From the NCBI GenBank assembly GCA_023150835.1, contig JAKLKB010000006.1, positions 1 to 64,000 on the forward strand: a stretch of DNA of 64,000 nucleotides, given 5' to 3'. The DNA is from Myxococcota bacterium (GTDB lineage: Bacteria > Myxococcota_C > UBA6777). A program made the position numbers and the translations under genes. The notes beneath the pieces were generated by a model. The model searched no databases. It had not been told where the DNA came from and was given only the letters and a program-made list of their open reading frames with translations. This document shows, in pieces, positions 19,653 through 28,597 of the stretch (its first letter is position 1; each line of letters opens with the position of its first letter).

Positions 19653-20938
19653 GCGAGCAAAAGCGACGGGTTGTTATTACGGGCATGGCCATCAACACAA
19701 AATTAGGCGATACGCTCGACGGCTTTTATGAAAGCCTGATCGCGGGCAAGTCAGGTCTTGTGAACTGGCAATTTGTGAACACAGACGGCATCTATTCGAA
19801 AGTGGGCGGAGATTTGAGCGATTATGACGTGGACGGAAAAGCCGCAGCGCTCAAAGAGACCATGCCTACGGAAGAATGGAAACGGCTGCGCAAGCTGTTG
19901 CGCGGTGCGCCCTTTTCGACGCGATTGTCGATTCTGTGTGCTTCGGATGCTTGGTTGGATGCGGGTTTGCACAAAGCGGGCATCGATCCGACGCGAGTTT
20001 CCGCAGTTGTGAGCGGTCACAACCTCAACAAATACTACGATTATGTGATCGATCGGCAATTTGCCGAAGAGCCTGATTATATGGACCCGATGGCGTCGGT
20101 GCGTTCGTTGGATACGGATCATGCGGGTTCGGTGGCCGAAGTGTTGAATATCCAAGGCTCGATCTACACGATGGGCGGGGCGTGTGCATCGGCCAACGTC
20201 GCCTTGCGTACAGCCATCGACGAAGTGCGCCACCATGAACACGATGTGGCGCTTGTGGTGGGGGCTGCGTTGGAATTTTCGCCGATGTCGCTGCATGCGA
20301 TGGCGTTGATGGGCGCGATCTCGTTTAAGTCTTTCAACGATTGTCCCGAAAAGGCCAGTAGACCGTATGATATGGCCCGAGAGGGCTTCATTCCTTCGCA
20401 TGGTGCGGCTGTTTTGGTGGTGGAGACATTGGAACACGCCAAGGCACGGGGAGCCAAGATCTACGCCGAGGTCTTGGGCGTCGAAGCGATGTCGGACGCC
20501 AACCACTTGCCGAATCCCTCGCTGGATGGGCAAGCCCGCACGATGAATCGCTTGTTGAAAGTGACGGGTGTTTCGCCCGATAGCATCGACTACGTTTGTG
20601 CGCACGCGACGTCGACACCGCTTGGCGATTTGACGGAACTGGGTTCGATCAAAAAGGTGTTTGGTGCGCACGCTCCAAAACTCAAGATCAACGCGCCAAA
20701 GTCGATGCTTGGCCATACTTGTTGGTCGGCTCCTGCGGTGGAGACCGTTGCTGCGGTGATGCAGATGCAGCGTGGCTGGTTGCATCCTTCGATCAATATC
20801 GAAAACATCGACCCCAACGTCGACTTGCAAGTTTGCCCCAACGAACCTGTCAAACACCAGATCCGCTTGATGCTGAAAAACTCTTTTGGTTTTGGTGGGA
20901 TCAACTGCTGTAGTCTATTGAAGTTGTACGAAGATTAA
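19649..20938 (+). CDS. Discrete beta-ketoacyl-ACP synthase (FabF/PksF-like), catalytic Cys intact
   Basis: RRVVITG, GGACAS, SRPYD, AHATST, KSMLGH, KNSFGFGG; overlaps the upstream gene by 4 nt. Confidence 0.92.
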   Translation: MSEQKRRVVITGMAINTKLGDTLDGFYESLIAGKSGLVNWQFVNTDGIYSKVGGDLSDYDVDGKAAALKETMPTEEWKRLRKLLRGAPFSTRLSILCASDAWLDAGLHKAGIDPTRVSAVVSGHNLNKYYDYVIDRQFAEEPDYMDPMASVRSLDTDHAGSVAEVLNIQGSIYTMGGACASANVALRTAIDEVRHHEHDVALVVGAALEFSPMSLHAMALMGAISFKSFNDCPEKASRPYDMAREGFIPSHGAAVLVVETLEHAKARGAKIYAEVLGVEAMSDANHLPNPSLDGQARTMNRLLKVTGVSPDSIDYVCAHATSTPLGDLTELGSIKKVFGAHAPKLKINAPKSMLGHTCWSAPAVETVAAVMQMQRGWLHPSINIENIDPNVDLQVCPNEPVKHQIRLMLKNSFGFGGINCCSLLKLYED

Positions 20939-20967
20939 GGGCTTGAGCGACTTGTGGGCAAAAAAAG

Positions 20968-21084
20968 CCGTGTTCGCGCCATTTCAAGCGGCAACGCCGA
21001 TGGTTTGAAAAGCGACGATTCACCCCGCCAAAACGGGGTCAAGGGGGCGAAGACCCTTTGCGGGGTGTGGTACCTCGCCCCACA
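20968..21084 (+). repeat. Dispersed structured repeat family A copy
   Basis: CCGTGTTCGCG..TTTCAAGCG..TGGTTTGAAA..ACGGGGTCAAGGGGGCGAAGACCCTTTGCGGGGTGTGG..CCCCACA. Confidence 0.8.
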
Positions 21085-21103
21085 AGATCATCCAGCCGTG
21101 TCG

Positions 21104-21339
21104 TACGAAATCCGCTCGTTGTGTGATCGCAAAACGTAGGGGCAGACAGGTGTGGTTGCCCGACAATCGGGTGTCTACGCACTATCCTACGGGAACAGAT
21201 CACTCGGATATCGTGTCAGTCCGATAATACGAGATCCGCAGGGAGCGTGATCGTAAAACGTAGGGGCAGACAGGTGTGGCTGCCCAAGGATAGGGCGTCT
21301 GGGCGCTATCCTTCGATCATAGATCACTCGGATATCGCA
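21104..21339 (+). repeat. Two tandem copies of family B (GTAG-REP-containing, ~110 bp)
   Basis: TACGARATCCGC...GTAGGGGCAGACAGGTGTGGYTGCCC...CACTCGGATATCG at 21104-21215 and 21228-21339. Confidence 0.85.
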
Positions 21340-21384
21340 TAAGAAGTCGAAAGTTTGAAGCTTTGTGGGAGAAAAAGAAATTCA

Positions 21385-22131
21385 ATGATCTATTTTATTA
21401 CGGGCGGCTCAAGAGGTATCGGGGCGGGTGTGGTGTTGGATGCGGTGCAGCGCGGGCATGATGTGGCGTTCACCTACGTGCAAAGCGAAGAAGGAGCCGC
21501 CAAGATCGAAGAAGAGGCTCAGCGTTTGAATCCGTCGGTGCGTTGTAAAGCGTATCGTTTGGATGTGCGCAAAGCCAAAGAAGTCGAGCAGGTGGGTGAT
21601 CAGGTGCTTGCGGACTTTGACACGGTGGATGTGGTGATCAACAACGCCGGGATCAGCCGCGATCAAACGGTCGTCGGGATGTCGGATGAAGAATGGGACG
21701 ATGTGATCGCCGTCAACCTGACAGGGACGTTTTATGTCTGTCGGTTTTTCTTGATGGGGATGGTGGGGAATCGCTTTGGTCGGATCATCAACGTGTCGTC
21801 GTTGTCGGCGTATGGGGCGTCTGGACAATGCAACTACGCAGCGGCCAAAGCGGGCTTACATGGTCTGACGCAAACTATCGCTAAAGAGTACGGTCGCAAG
21901 GGCATTACAGCAAATGTCGTGGCTCCGGGTTTTTTTGAGACCGATATGACACGCGATGCTTTGCCCGAGCATATGCGGCAGTTTTGGCAAAAGTGGTCTC
22001 CCGTCCCCAAAGGTCGGATCGGAGATATCAAAGAACTGAGCGCGACGATCCACTTTTTGGCCTCGAAAGAAGCGGCGTTTGTCAACGGCCAGATCATCAA
22101 CGTGACGGGTGGGTTGGATTGGTCGCCCTGA
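21385..22131 (+). CDS. 3-oxoacyl-ACP reductase (FabG-like KR)
   Basis: TGGSRGIG, NNAGI, YAAAK, VAPGFFETDM. Confidence 0.9.
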   Translation: MIYFITGGSRGIGAGVVLDAVQRGHDVAFTYVQSEEGAAKIEEEAQRLNPSVRCKAYRLDVRKAKEVEQVGDQVLADFDTVDVVINNAGISRDQTVVGMSDEEWDDVIAVNLTGTFYVCRFFLMGMVGNRFGRIINVSSLSAYGASGQCNYAAAKAGLHGLTQTIAKEYGRKGITANVVAPGFFETDMTRDALPEHMRQFWQKWSPVPKGRIGDIKELSATIHFLASKEAAFVNGQIINVTGGLDWSP

Positions 22132-22251
22132 TCGCGTCTTCGTCTCGTCGCACGACAGGAGCCGCGTTGGGCTTGTCGCACGACAGGAGTCGTGTTGGGG
22201 ATGGGGAGAAGTGTGAGTGTCGAAGGCGTTTTGTAGGAGAGAAGTGTAAGG

Positions 22252-23481
22252 ATGCAACGTGTAGGGATTGAAAAGATTTGGGTGTACCCCTGTTCGATGT
22301 TTTTGGATCTATCTGAACTGGCCGCTGCACGGGGATTGTCGCCAAGTTATCCGATGGAGAACTTGATGATGCGTGCGCGAGGGGTGAACCCGTGTTGGGA
22401 AGATCCCGTGACGATGGCGGTCAATGCGGCCAAGCCGATGTTGACGCAAGAAGATCGTGATTCGATCGAGTTGTTGATTGTGGGAACGGAGTCCTCGCCC
22501 GATCAAGGCAAGCCGATCAGCACCTTTGTGCATCGATTTTTGGGTCTATCGGAAAACTGCCGAAACTTTGAGACGAAGCATGCTTGTTATGGCGGGACGT
22601 GCGCGGCGATGATGGCGGCGCATTGGGTGGCGTCGGGTGCTGCGGGAGATGCGAAAGCCTTGGTGATCGCGACCGATCAGTCGCGGATGCACTTGGGTGC
22701 GCCTTGGGAGTATGTGTTGGGGGCGATCAGCGTGGCGATGTTGATCTCCAACAAGCCGAGCGTGCTGGAGTACGATCTGCGCGACAACGCGTATTGGACA
22801 AAAGAAGTGGGAGATACTTTTCGCCCGACCTCTCGCGAAGAAGCCGGAAACACCGAGCAAAGCGTCTTTTGCTACCTTGAAGCTCTCGAAGGGGCCTTTG
22901 CGCATTATCGGCGCAAGCAAGGCGGGATGGTGGATATGAATGCGCGCTTTCAGAAGCATATCTACCACGTACCGTTTTCGGGCATGGTGCAACGCGCCCA
23001 TCGCCAGATCATGCGCGATGCACACGGGATGTCTCGCAAAGAAGCGGATGCCCACTTTGATCAACGGGTGCGCGGAAGTTTGGTGTACAACTCCCAGTGT
23101 GGCGGGACATATACAGCAGCCACATTTCTTGCATTGACGGGGCTGTTGGATCAATACAGCGATTTGAACGCAGGGGATCGTATCAGCATCTTTGCGTATG
23201 GTTCGGGATCTTGTTCGGAGTTTTATTCGGGGTTTATCGGTGATCAAGCCCGTGAGCGCGTTGCAAAAGCCGATGTACAGGGCAGAATCGATGCGCGTTA
23301 TCGCCTGAGCGTCGAAGAGTACGAAGCTGTCGAGAAAGAGCGCACAAGCTACATCGATCTGCCGACCTACCAGCCGCCCAAAGAAGGATTCAACAACCAC
23401 TACAAGGCGTTTTACGAAGGCAAGGGCTATCTTGTCTTGGATGGTTTGGACGGATATTTCCGTCATTATGCGTGGAGTTGA
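22252..23481 (+). CDS. HMG-synthase-like beta-branching enzyme (PksG/HCS type)
   Basis: EDPVTMAVNAAKP, GTES, FETKHACYGGT, HVPFSGMV, FAYGSGSCSEFYSG; followed by two ECH genes. Confidence 0.9.
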   Translation: MQRVGIEKIWVYPCSMFLDLSELAAARGLSPSYPMENLMMRARGVNPCWEDPVTMAVNAAKPMLTQEDRDSIELLIVGTESSPDQGKPISTFVHRFLGLSENCRNFETKHACYGGTCAAMMAAHWVASGAAGDAKALVIATDQSRMHLGAPWEYVLGAISVAMLISNKPSVLEYDLRDNAYWTKEVGDTFRPTSREEAGNTEQSVFCYLEALEGAFAHYRRKQGGMVDMNARFQKHIYHVPFSGMVQRAHRQIMRDAHGMSRKEADAHFDQRVRGSLVYNSQCGGTYTAATFLALTGLLDQYSDLNAGDRISIFAYGSGSCSEFYSGFIGDQARERVAKADVQGRIDARYRLSVEEYEAVEKERTSYIDLPTYQPPKEGFNNHYKAFYEGKGYLVLDGLDGYFRHYAWS

Positions 23482-23508
23482 CGGGCTGTGCGCTGGGTGG
23501 CCTCGTCA

Positions 23509-23621
23509 TACGATATCCGAGAGATGTATGCACAAACGAGAGTACGCGGATGCCCGATTCTTGGGCAGCCACACCTGTCTGCCCCGACCTCTTTACGATA
23601 GCGCAACAGGCCGATCTCGTA
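23509..23621 (-). repeat. Family B REP-like element copy
   Basis: TACGATATCCGA...TTGGGCAGCCACACCTGTCTGCCCCGAC...CCGATCTCGTA. Confidence 0.8.
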
Positions 23622-23659
23622 GGAGTCCCTGAATCTTGGTGCGTGAAGGGTATGTTTTG

Positions 23660-24619
23660 ATGAGCATGGAACTTCGGTGGAGAGAGCAACAGAGAAGCGT
23701 GTGGCGTTTGCAGATGATGCCTGTGGAGGCTACACGAGCCGAGATATCGTTGGATAGTGCGGCGTTGCGGGATTGGGAACAGAAGCTCAAAGAAGCCGAA
23801 GAGGCGGAGATTCGGGTGTTGGTGATCGAGGGTGTGGGGGGGATGTTTTGTCAGGGGATGGATCTGGGGGCGCGTTTGATGGCGTATCCGCAACCTCCGA
23901 TGGGTCCGTCATCGCGAGATGAAGCGCACGAGATCGATGCGCATTATACGCCAACACCCGGGATCTTGCGTGCGCTGCACGGTCGTACTGTGTTGGATGA
24001 TGTGACGGCTGCGGCACTGCGCGACGATGTGAAGCGTTATGCGGCGTTGCTGTGGGCATTGCGACGCGCTGCATTTGCGGTGGTGGCGTTGGTGGATGGT
24101 GAGGTGATGGCGGGTGGAGTGGGCCTGATGGCGGCGGCGGATCAGGTGTTGGCGACGAAGCGATCGCGTGTGGGTTTGCCGGAGGCTTCGTTGGGCTTGT
24201 TGCCTGCGGTGGTGTTTCCTGTGTTGTGTGAGCGTGTCCCTGCACAAAAAGCCCGATGGTTGGCGATGCGCAGCGTGGGGATGGAGTCGGCAGAAGCGTT
24301 GGCGCTTGGGCTGTTTGATGCGGTTTACGAAGATGCGGAGGCTGTGGAGAAGGCAAGTCGTGAGAGTTTGCGCGCTTTGTTGCGGGCGCATCCGCAAGCG
24401 ATCGCCGATCTCAAACGCCGCACTACGGAAACGCCGAAGGCATCGCTGCAAGATGCGTTGGATGAAGCTGCGGAGTATACGGCCTCTTGTTTGATGCTTC
24501 CTGATCGTGTAGAGGGCATCCGTCGTTTCTTGCAAGGAGAGCCTTTGCCTTGGCAAGAACGCTTGCCTCGCAGAGAAGATCGTTCCCACCCATCGGATCC
24601 ATCGCGATCCTCCGAGTAG
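23660..24619 (+). CDS. Enoyl-CoA hydratase-like ECH1 (PksH-type dehydratase) with internal insertion
   Basis: FCQGMDL, DGEVMAGGVGLMAAAD, LPEASLGLLPA. Confidence 0.85.
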   Translation: MSMELRWREQQRSVWRLQMMPVEATRAEISLDSAALRDWEQKLKEAEEAEIRVLVIEGVGGMFCQGMDLGARLMAYPQPPMGPSSRDEAHEIDAHYTPTPGILRALHGRTVLDDVTAAALRDDVKRYAALLWALRRAAFAVVALVDGEVMAGGVGLMAAADQVLATKRSRVGLPEASLGLLPAVVFPVLCERVPAQKARWLAMRSVGMESAEALALGLFDAVYEDAEAVEKASRESLRALLRAHPQAIADLKRRTTETPKASLQDALDEAAEYTASCLMLPDRVEGIRRFLQGEPLPWQERLPRREDRSHPSDPSRSSE

Positions 24620-24638
24620 ACAACGCCGAAAGCACGGG

Positions 24639-25409
24639 ATGTCGAGCATGACAGAAGCTTTGATCACACTTCACTACGAAGAATCAGGGATCGTGATCTT
24701 GCAGATGCAAGATCAAGCCAAGAAAAATGCCCTTGGGACGGTCTTTGTTGAAAAGCTGACGGAGGCTTTGCATCAAGTGGCACAGCGTGCCGAAGTGCGA
24801 GTGTGCGTGTTGCGAGGACTGGAAGAGGTGTTCTGTGCAGGCGGCGATGAGGAGATGTTGTTGGCATTGGCACAGGGCAAGATCGTGGCGTCGGATATCA
24901 TGTTGTCGCGGACGATGCTCGAAGTACCGATCCCAACGATCGCAGTGATGGAAGGCCACGCTGTGGGTGGGGGTCTGACGCTTGGTTTGTGCTGCGATAT
25001 CGTGATGATGGCGCGGGAAAGTCGCTATGGCTGTAGCTTTATGAACATGGGATTTACGCCCGGGATGGGTACGACGCGCTTGTTGGCCTTGGCGGTGGGT
25101 GAGTACATCGCTGCGGAGATGATGTTGGGGGGGCAGTTTTTTCGGGGCGCGCACTTCGAGGGGCGTTCACAGATCAACTACATCTTGCCGCGTGAGCAGA
25201 TGTGGCGAAAAGCCATGCAAGTGGCCGCAGCGATCGCAGAAAAACCGCGATTTGCGTTAGAGATGCTCAAGCGCGATCTGTCGTTGAAAAAACGACGCCT
25301 CTTTGAAGAAGCCCGCACCAACGAAGTGCCGATGCACCAGTACTGCTTTGCTTTGCCCGAGACGGCTCAGCGTATCCAAGAAAACTACGTCTCCACAAAG
25401 AAACACTAG
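24639..25409 (+). CDS. Enoyl-CoA hydratase-like ECH2 (PksI-type decarboxylase)
   Basis: MQDQAKKNA, FCAGG, GHAVGGG, FMNMGFTPGMGTT, C-terminal MHQYCF. Confidence 0.88.
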   Translation: MSSMTEALITLHYEESGIVILQMQDQAKKNALGTVFVEKLTEALHQVAQRAEVRVCVLRGLEEVFCAGGDEEMLLALAQGKIVASDIMLSRTMLEVPIPTIAVMEGHAVGGGLTLGLCCDIVMMARESRYGCSFMNMGFTPGMGTTRLLALAVGEYIAAEMMLGGQFFRGAHFEGRSQINYILPREQMWRKAMQVAAAIAEKPRFALEMLKRDLSLKKRRLFEEARTNEVPMHQYCFALPETAQRIQENYVSTKKH

Positions 25410-25471
25410 CCGAAACAAAAAGATATCCGATTACAAAGATATCGGTTCTTTGCATCAGAAGGAGCTTTGGG

Positions 25472-26281
25472 ATGCGCAATGATCTTCGCGGAAAAGCGGT
25501 CTTGATCACGGGTGGAACCAAAGGGATTGGTTTTGCGATCGGTCTGGCGTTTGGAAAGTTGGGCGCACACACCTATTTGACGCATCGTTGGGGTTCGGCG
25601 GACGAAAACAAGATCCGCGAACAGTTCGCAGCAGCGGGCGCACCGACACCGCAGATCGTCGAGGCCGATGTGGTCAACGATGACGATCTCAAGCGGTTGT
25701 TGGCGCTGATCCAGCAAGATCACGAACGCATCGAAGTGTTCGTCAGCAACGTTTGCGTTGTTCAGCCTGCCAACGGCGTAGACAGCTACAAAAAACGCTC
25801 GCTGCTGCGGAGTTTGGAGTACAGCGCTTGGCCCTACGTCAACTACACCATGCAGATCAAGAAGACTTTTGGGACATATCCGCGTTATGTGGTGGGGATA
25901 TCGAGCGATGGCCCCGACAACTACTTTAGCCACTACGAATTTGTCGCCGCCTCGAAGACGGTGATGGAAACTTTTTGCCGTTATATGGCTTCTCGCCTAT
26001 ACAAAGAGGATGTGCGCTTCAATGTGATCCGCACCCGTAGCGTCCCGACCGAAGCGGTGCTGGAGATCTTTGGGGAGGATTACATCAAGTTTTTTGGAAA
26101 GTATGCCGGCGAAGAATACTTTGTCCAGCCCGAAGAGGTCGCTGATTCGGTGATCGCGCTGTGCAGCGGTATGTTGGATAGCCTCAACGGCCAGATCGTT
26201 TTGATTGACAAAGGCTCGTCTTTCGCGGATACCCTGATGCGTTTGATGGAAAAACGTCACACGTTGGGCCTGTCGTTGTAA
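25472..26281 (+). CDS. SDR, FabL-like enoyl-ACP reductase 1
   Basis: ITGGTKGIG, FVSNV and the Y-x6-K motif YEFVAASK. Confidence 0.75.
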   Translation: MRNDLRGKAVLITGGTKGIGFAIGLAFGKLGAHTYLTHRWGSADENKIREQFAAAGAPTPQIVEADVVNDDDLKRLLALIQQDHERIEVFVSNVCVVQPANGVDSYKKRSLLRSLEYSAWPYVNYTMQIKKTFGTYPRYVVGISSDGPDNYFSHYEFVAASKTVMETFCRYMASRLYKEDVRFNVIRTRSVPTEAVLEIFGEDYIKFFGKYAGEEYFVQPEEVADSVIALCSGMLDSLNGQIVLIDKGSSFADTLMRLMEKRHTLGLSL

Positions 26282-26335
26282 GCCCGCGTAGGGCGCGTGA
26301 TAAAATGGAAAAATAGAAACAAAGGAATAGGAACC

Positions 26336-26593
26336 ATGACTAAAGAAAAAATTTTCTCGATCGTGAAAAAAAACTTGCTTGATATCCTCGAAGATGCCGA
26401 TGAGAGTGCGGTCACTCCCGATAAATCGATGAAAGAACTCGGCGCAAACAGCTTGGATATCGTCGAAGTGGTGTCCACGAGCATGCGTGAATTGAAAGTC
26501 AAGATCCCCCGCTCCGAACTCAATACGCTGACCAACATCGGCCAATTGGTCGATGCGTTGTATGCCGCTGTCAACAACAAAGTGGACGCTTAA
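26336..26593 (+). CDS. Acyl carrier protein (GANS motif, AcpK-like)
   Basis: 85 aa, acidic, LGANSLDIVEVV. Confidence 0.92.
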   Translation: MTKEKIFSIVKKNLLDILEDADESAVTPDKSMKELGANSLDIVEVVSTSMRELKVKIPRSELNTLTNIGQLVDALYAAVNNKVDA

Positions 26594-26624
26594 ATCCTTG
26601 AAACCACACCCCACCGCTCATCCG

Positions 26625-27461
26625 ATGATCAAAAATGACTTTCGTGGAAAAGCGATCTTGATCACGGGCGGCACAAAAGGCATCGGCCTTGCGATCGCGC
26701 TTGCGTTTGCACGAGAAGGGGCGCACGCTTACCTCACTTACAAGTGGGGAAGCGCGTCTCTCGACAGCATCCGCGAAACGTTCCGCAACGAAGGGCTTTT
26801 TGAGCCGATCTTGATCGAAGCCGACGCCTCGAACGAAGAAGACACCGACATGGTGCTTCGTCGCATCAAGGAAGATCACGAACACATCGAAGTGTTTGTC
26901 AGCAACGTCTCTTTTTCGCAGCTTGTATCCGATGAAAGCTCCTACAAAAAGCGCTCGTTCCTTAAAAGTTTGGAATACAGCGCGTGGCCTTTTCTCGGAT
27001 ACTCGCAAAAGATCAAGCAGACCTTCGGTCGTTATCCGCACTATATCCTCGGAACATCGAGCTTTGGCGTCGATACCTACTACATCCAGTACGACTTTGT
27101 CGCTGCTTCAAAAGCTGTGATGGAGACTTTTTGTCGATACATGGGCAAGCATCTTCTCAACGAAGGTGTGCGAGTCAACATCTTGCGCTCGCGCCCTGTC
27201 GCCACCGATTCACTTCGGGCCACTTTCGGCGAAGGCTACGAAGCTTTTGCAAAAAAGCATTTTGGTGAAGAGGCGTTTGTCACCGTCGAGGAAGTCGGCG
27301 AAGCAGCTCTGGCGATGTGCAGCGGCCTGATGGACGCCATGACCGGACAAGTCCTAATGATCGATCACGGCGTCACCTTCCACGACAACATCCAGTACAT
27401 GTTTGAACATCGCGATGAGATGGGCTTTGAGGCGCTTCTTGCCGAAGTCGAAAACAAATAA
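26625..27461 (+). CDS. SDR, FabL-like enoyl-ACP reductase 2 (paralog of 25472-26281)
   Basis: ITGGTKGIG, FVSNV, YDFVAASK; shares long blocks such as SYKKRS..SLEYSAWP and VMETFCRYM with copy 1. Confidence 0.75.
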   Translation: MIKNDFRGKAILITGGTKGIGLAIALAFAREGAHAYLTYKWGSASLDSIRETFRNEGLFEPILIEADASNEEDTDMVLRRIKEDHEHIEVFVSNVSFSQLVSDESSYKKRSFLKSLEYSAWPFLGYSQKIKQTFGRYPHYILGTSSFGVDTYYIQYDFVAASKAVMETFCRYMGKHLLNEGVRVNILRSRPVATDSLRATFGEGYEAFAKKHFGEEAFVTVEEVGEAALAMCSGLMDAMTGQVLMIDHGVTFHDNIQYMFEHRDEMGFEALLAEVENK

Positions 27462-27537
27462 GTCCACGGAAAACACGGAAAACACGGAAAGGGGCAGGAA
27501 AGGGGCAGGAAAGGGGCAGGAAAGGGGCAGGAAAGGG
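27461..27537. repeat. (CACGGAAAA)3 motif followed by 11-bp GGAAAGGGGCA x4
   Basis: AGTCCACGGAAAACACGGAAAACACGGAAA then GGGGCAGGAAA repeats, between convergent genes. Confidence 0.9.
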
Positions 27538-27540
27538 AGT

Positions 27541-28398
27541 TTACGAAAGAAGAGGAGAGGCGGCGGTGGCTCGTCGGACCCAGTTTTGGGCGAGCATACC
27601 GCCGTTGTCGATCAAGGACTCTTCGAGAAGAAAAGCGGGCAGAGGGGTTTGTTCGAGGCGGGAGAGCAGGGCCAAGTCGGCGTGAGGATGGGCTTGATAG
27701 AGGCGAAAGAGAGCGGCGATGCTTTTGGAGCCGAGGCGGAGATCAGCGGTGCTTTTGGAGCCGAGGCGGAGATCAGCAGTGCTTTTGGAGCCGAGGCGGA
27801 GATCAGCAGTGCTTTTGGAGCCGAGGCGGAGATCAGCAGTGCTTTTGGAGCCGAGGCGGAGATCAGCAGTGCTTTTGGAGCCGAGGCGGAGATCAGCGGT
27901 GCTTTTGGAGCCGAGGCGGAGATCAGCGGTGGGGTGGGCTTCGCCGTCCTCTTCGCCAAAGGGTCCGATCTCGCGAGCGCCGATGCCGAGGATCATGCGA
28001 CTGAAAAGCAAGCGTTGACGGGCTTGTTGGAGAAATCGTGGATCGAGGATCGACAGCAGGGCAGCCCATTGTGGAGTGACCCACGAGCCGCGATCAAAGC
28101 ATTGCCAAGCGAGGGAGAGTGTGTGCGGATCATGCAGGCTTGGGGAGACGAAGATCGCGCCGACCGCGACGAGGTTTTCGCGCCAGTTGGAGTCTTGGAT
28201 CAGAGCGTGAACTTTGGAGGTGAGGTGGGGGATCGGGCGGAGAACCTCTTGGACGGTGCGGAATAACGCGGTGGTTGCGAGCGGATCTTCGTAAAGATTG
28301 AGCAGCGCGTGTATGGGTGAGATGCGCTGTTGGTTTCCAACAAAAAGCGGCGCAAAGTCTTGGCGAAGCGCTGCGGAAGGGGTGAGTTGGGCGGACAT
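27541..28398 (-). CDS. Hypothetical protein with in-frame 10-aa repeats
   Basis: ATG 28398 with AGGAG upstream; non-repetitive flanks (NWRENLVAV, GSWVTPQWAA); TADLRLGSKS x7. Confidence 0.6.
   Translation of the reverse strand: MSAQLTPSAALRQDFAPLFVGNQQRISPIHALLNLYEDPLATTALFRTVQEVLRPIPHLTSKVHALIQDSNWRENLVAVGAIFVSPSLHDPHTLSLAWQCFDRGSWVTPQWAALLSILDPRFLQQARQRLLFSRMILGIGAREIGPFGEEDGEAHPTADLRLGSKSTADLRLGSKSTADLRLGSKSTADLRLGSKSTADLRLGSKSTADLRLGSKSTADLRLGSKSIAALFRLYQAHPHADLALLSRLEQTPLPAFLLEESLIDNGGMLAQNWVRRATAASPLLS
27721..27930. repeat. Coding tandem repeat, 30 bp x 7
   Basis: GCTTTTGGAGCCGAGGCGGAGATCAGCRGT. Confidence 0.95.
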
Positions 28399-28549
28399 AG
28401 GGCGCTCCTGTTTGTACAAAAGGCAAGAGATCCTGCATCGTTGGGTGGGGGCGCAGGTGGCTCTCAAGATAGTTTGGGGCGGTGCGGATGGCCAGACGCG
28501 AAGAGAAGTTCGGCTTTTTCTTTGCTCGTGCGCTTGACGTTCTGTTTTG

Positions 28550-28567
28550 TATGGATAATTGTCCATA
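28550..28567. promoter_or_regulatory. Putative BrnA operator palindrome
   Basis: TATGGA-TAATTG-TCCATA inverted repeat ~30 bp upstream of brnT. Type II antitoxins typically autorepress at such sites (inference). Confidence 0.45.
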
Positions 28568-28597
28568 TACGATAAACCACCCAAGAAAGGAAAGCGT

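Noticed and set aside
17964-22131. Housekeeping fab operon
   Set aside because: No plsX/fabH/rpmF context; divergent AT/KS motifs and embedded beta-branching genes, so fab symbols were not assigned.
22252-23481. Mevalonate-pathway HMG-CoA synthase
   Set aside because: PksG-like motifs with adjacent ECH1/ECH2/GANS-ACP; no HMG-CoA reductase or mevalonate kinases.
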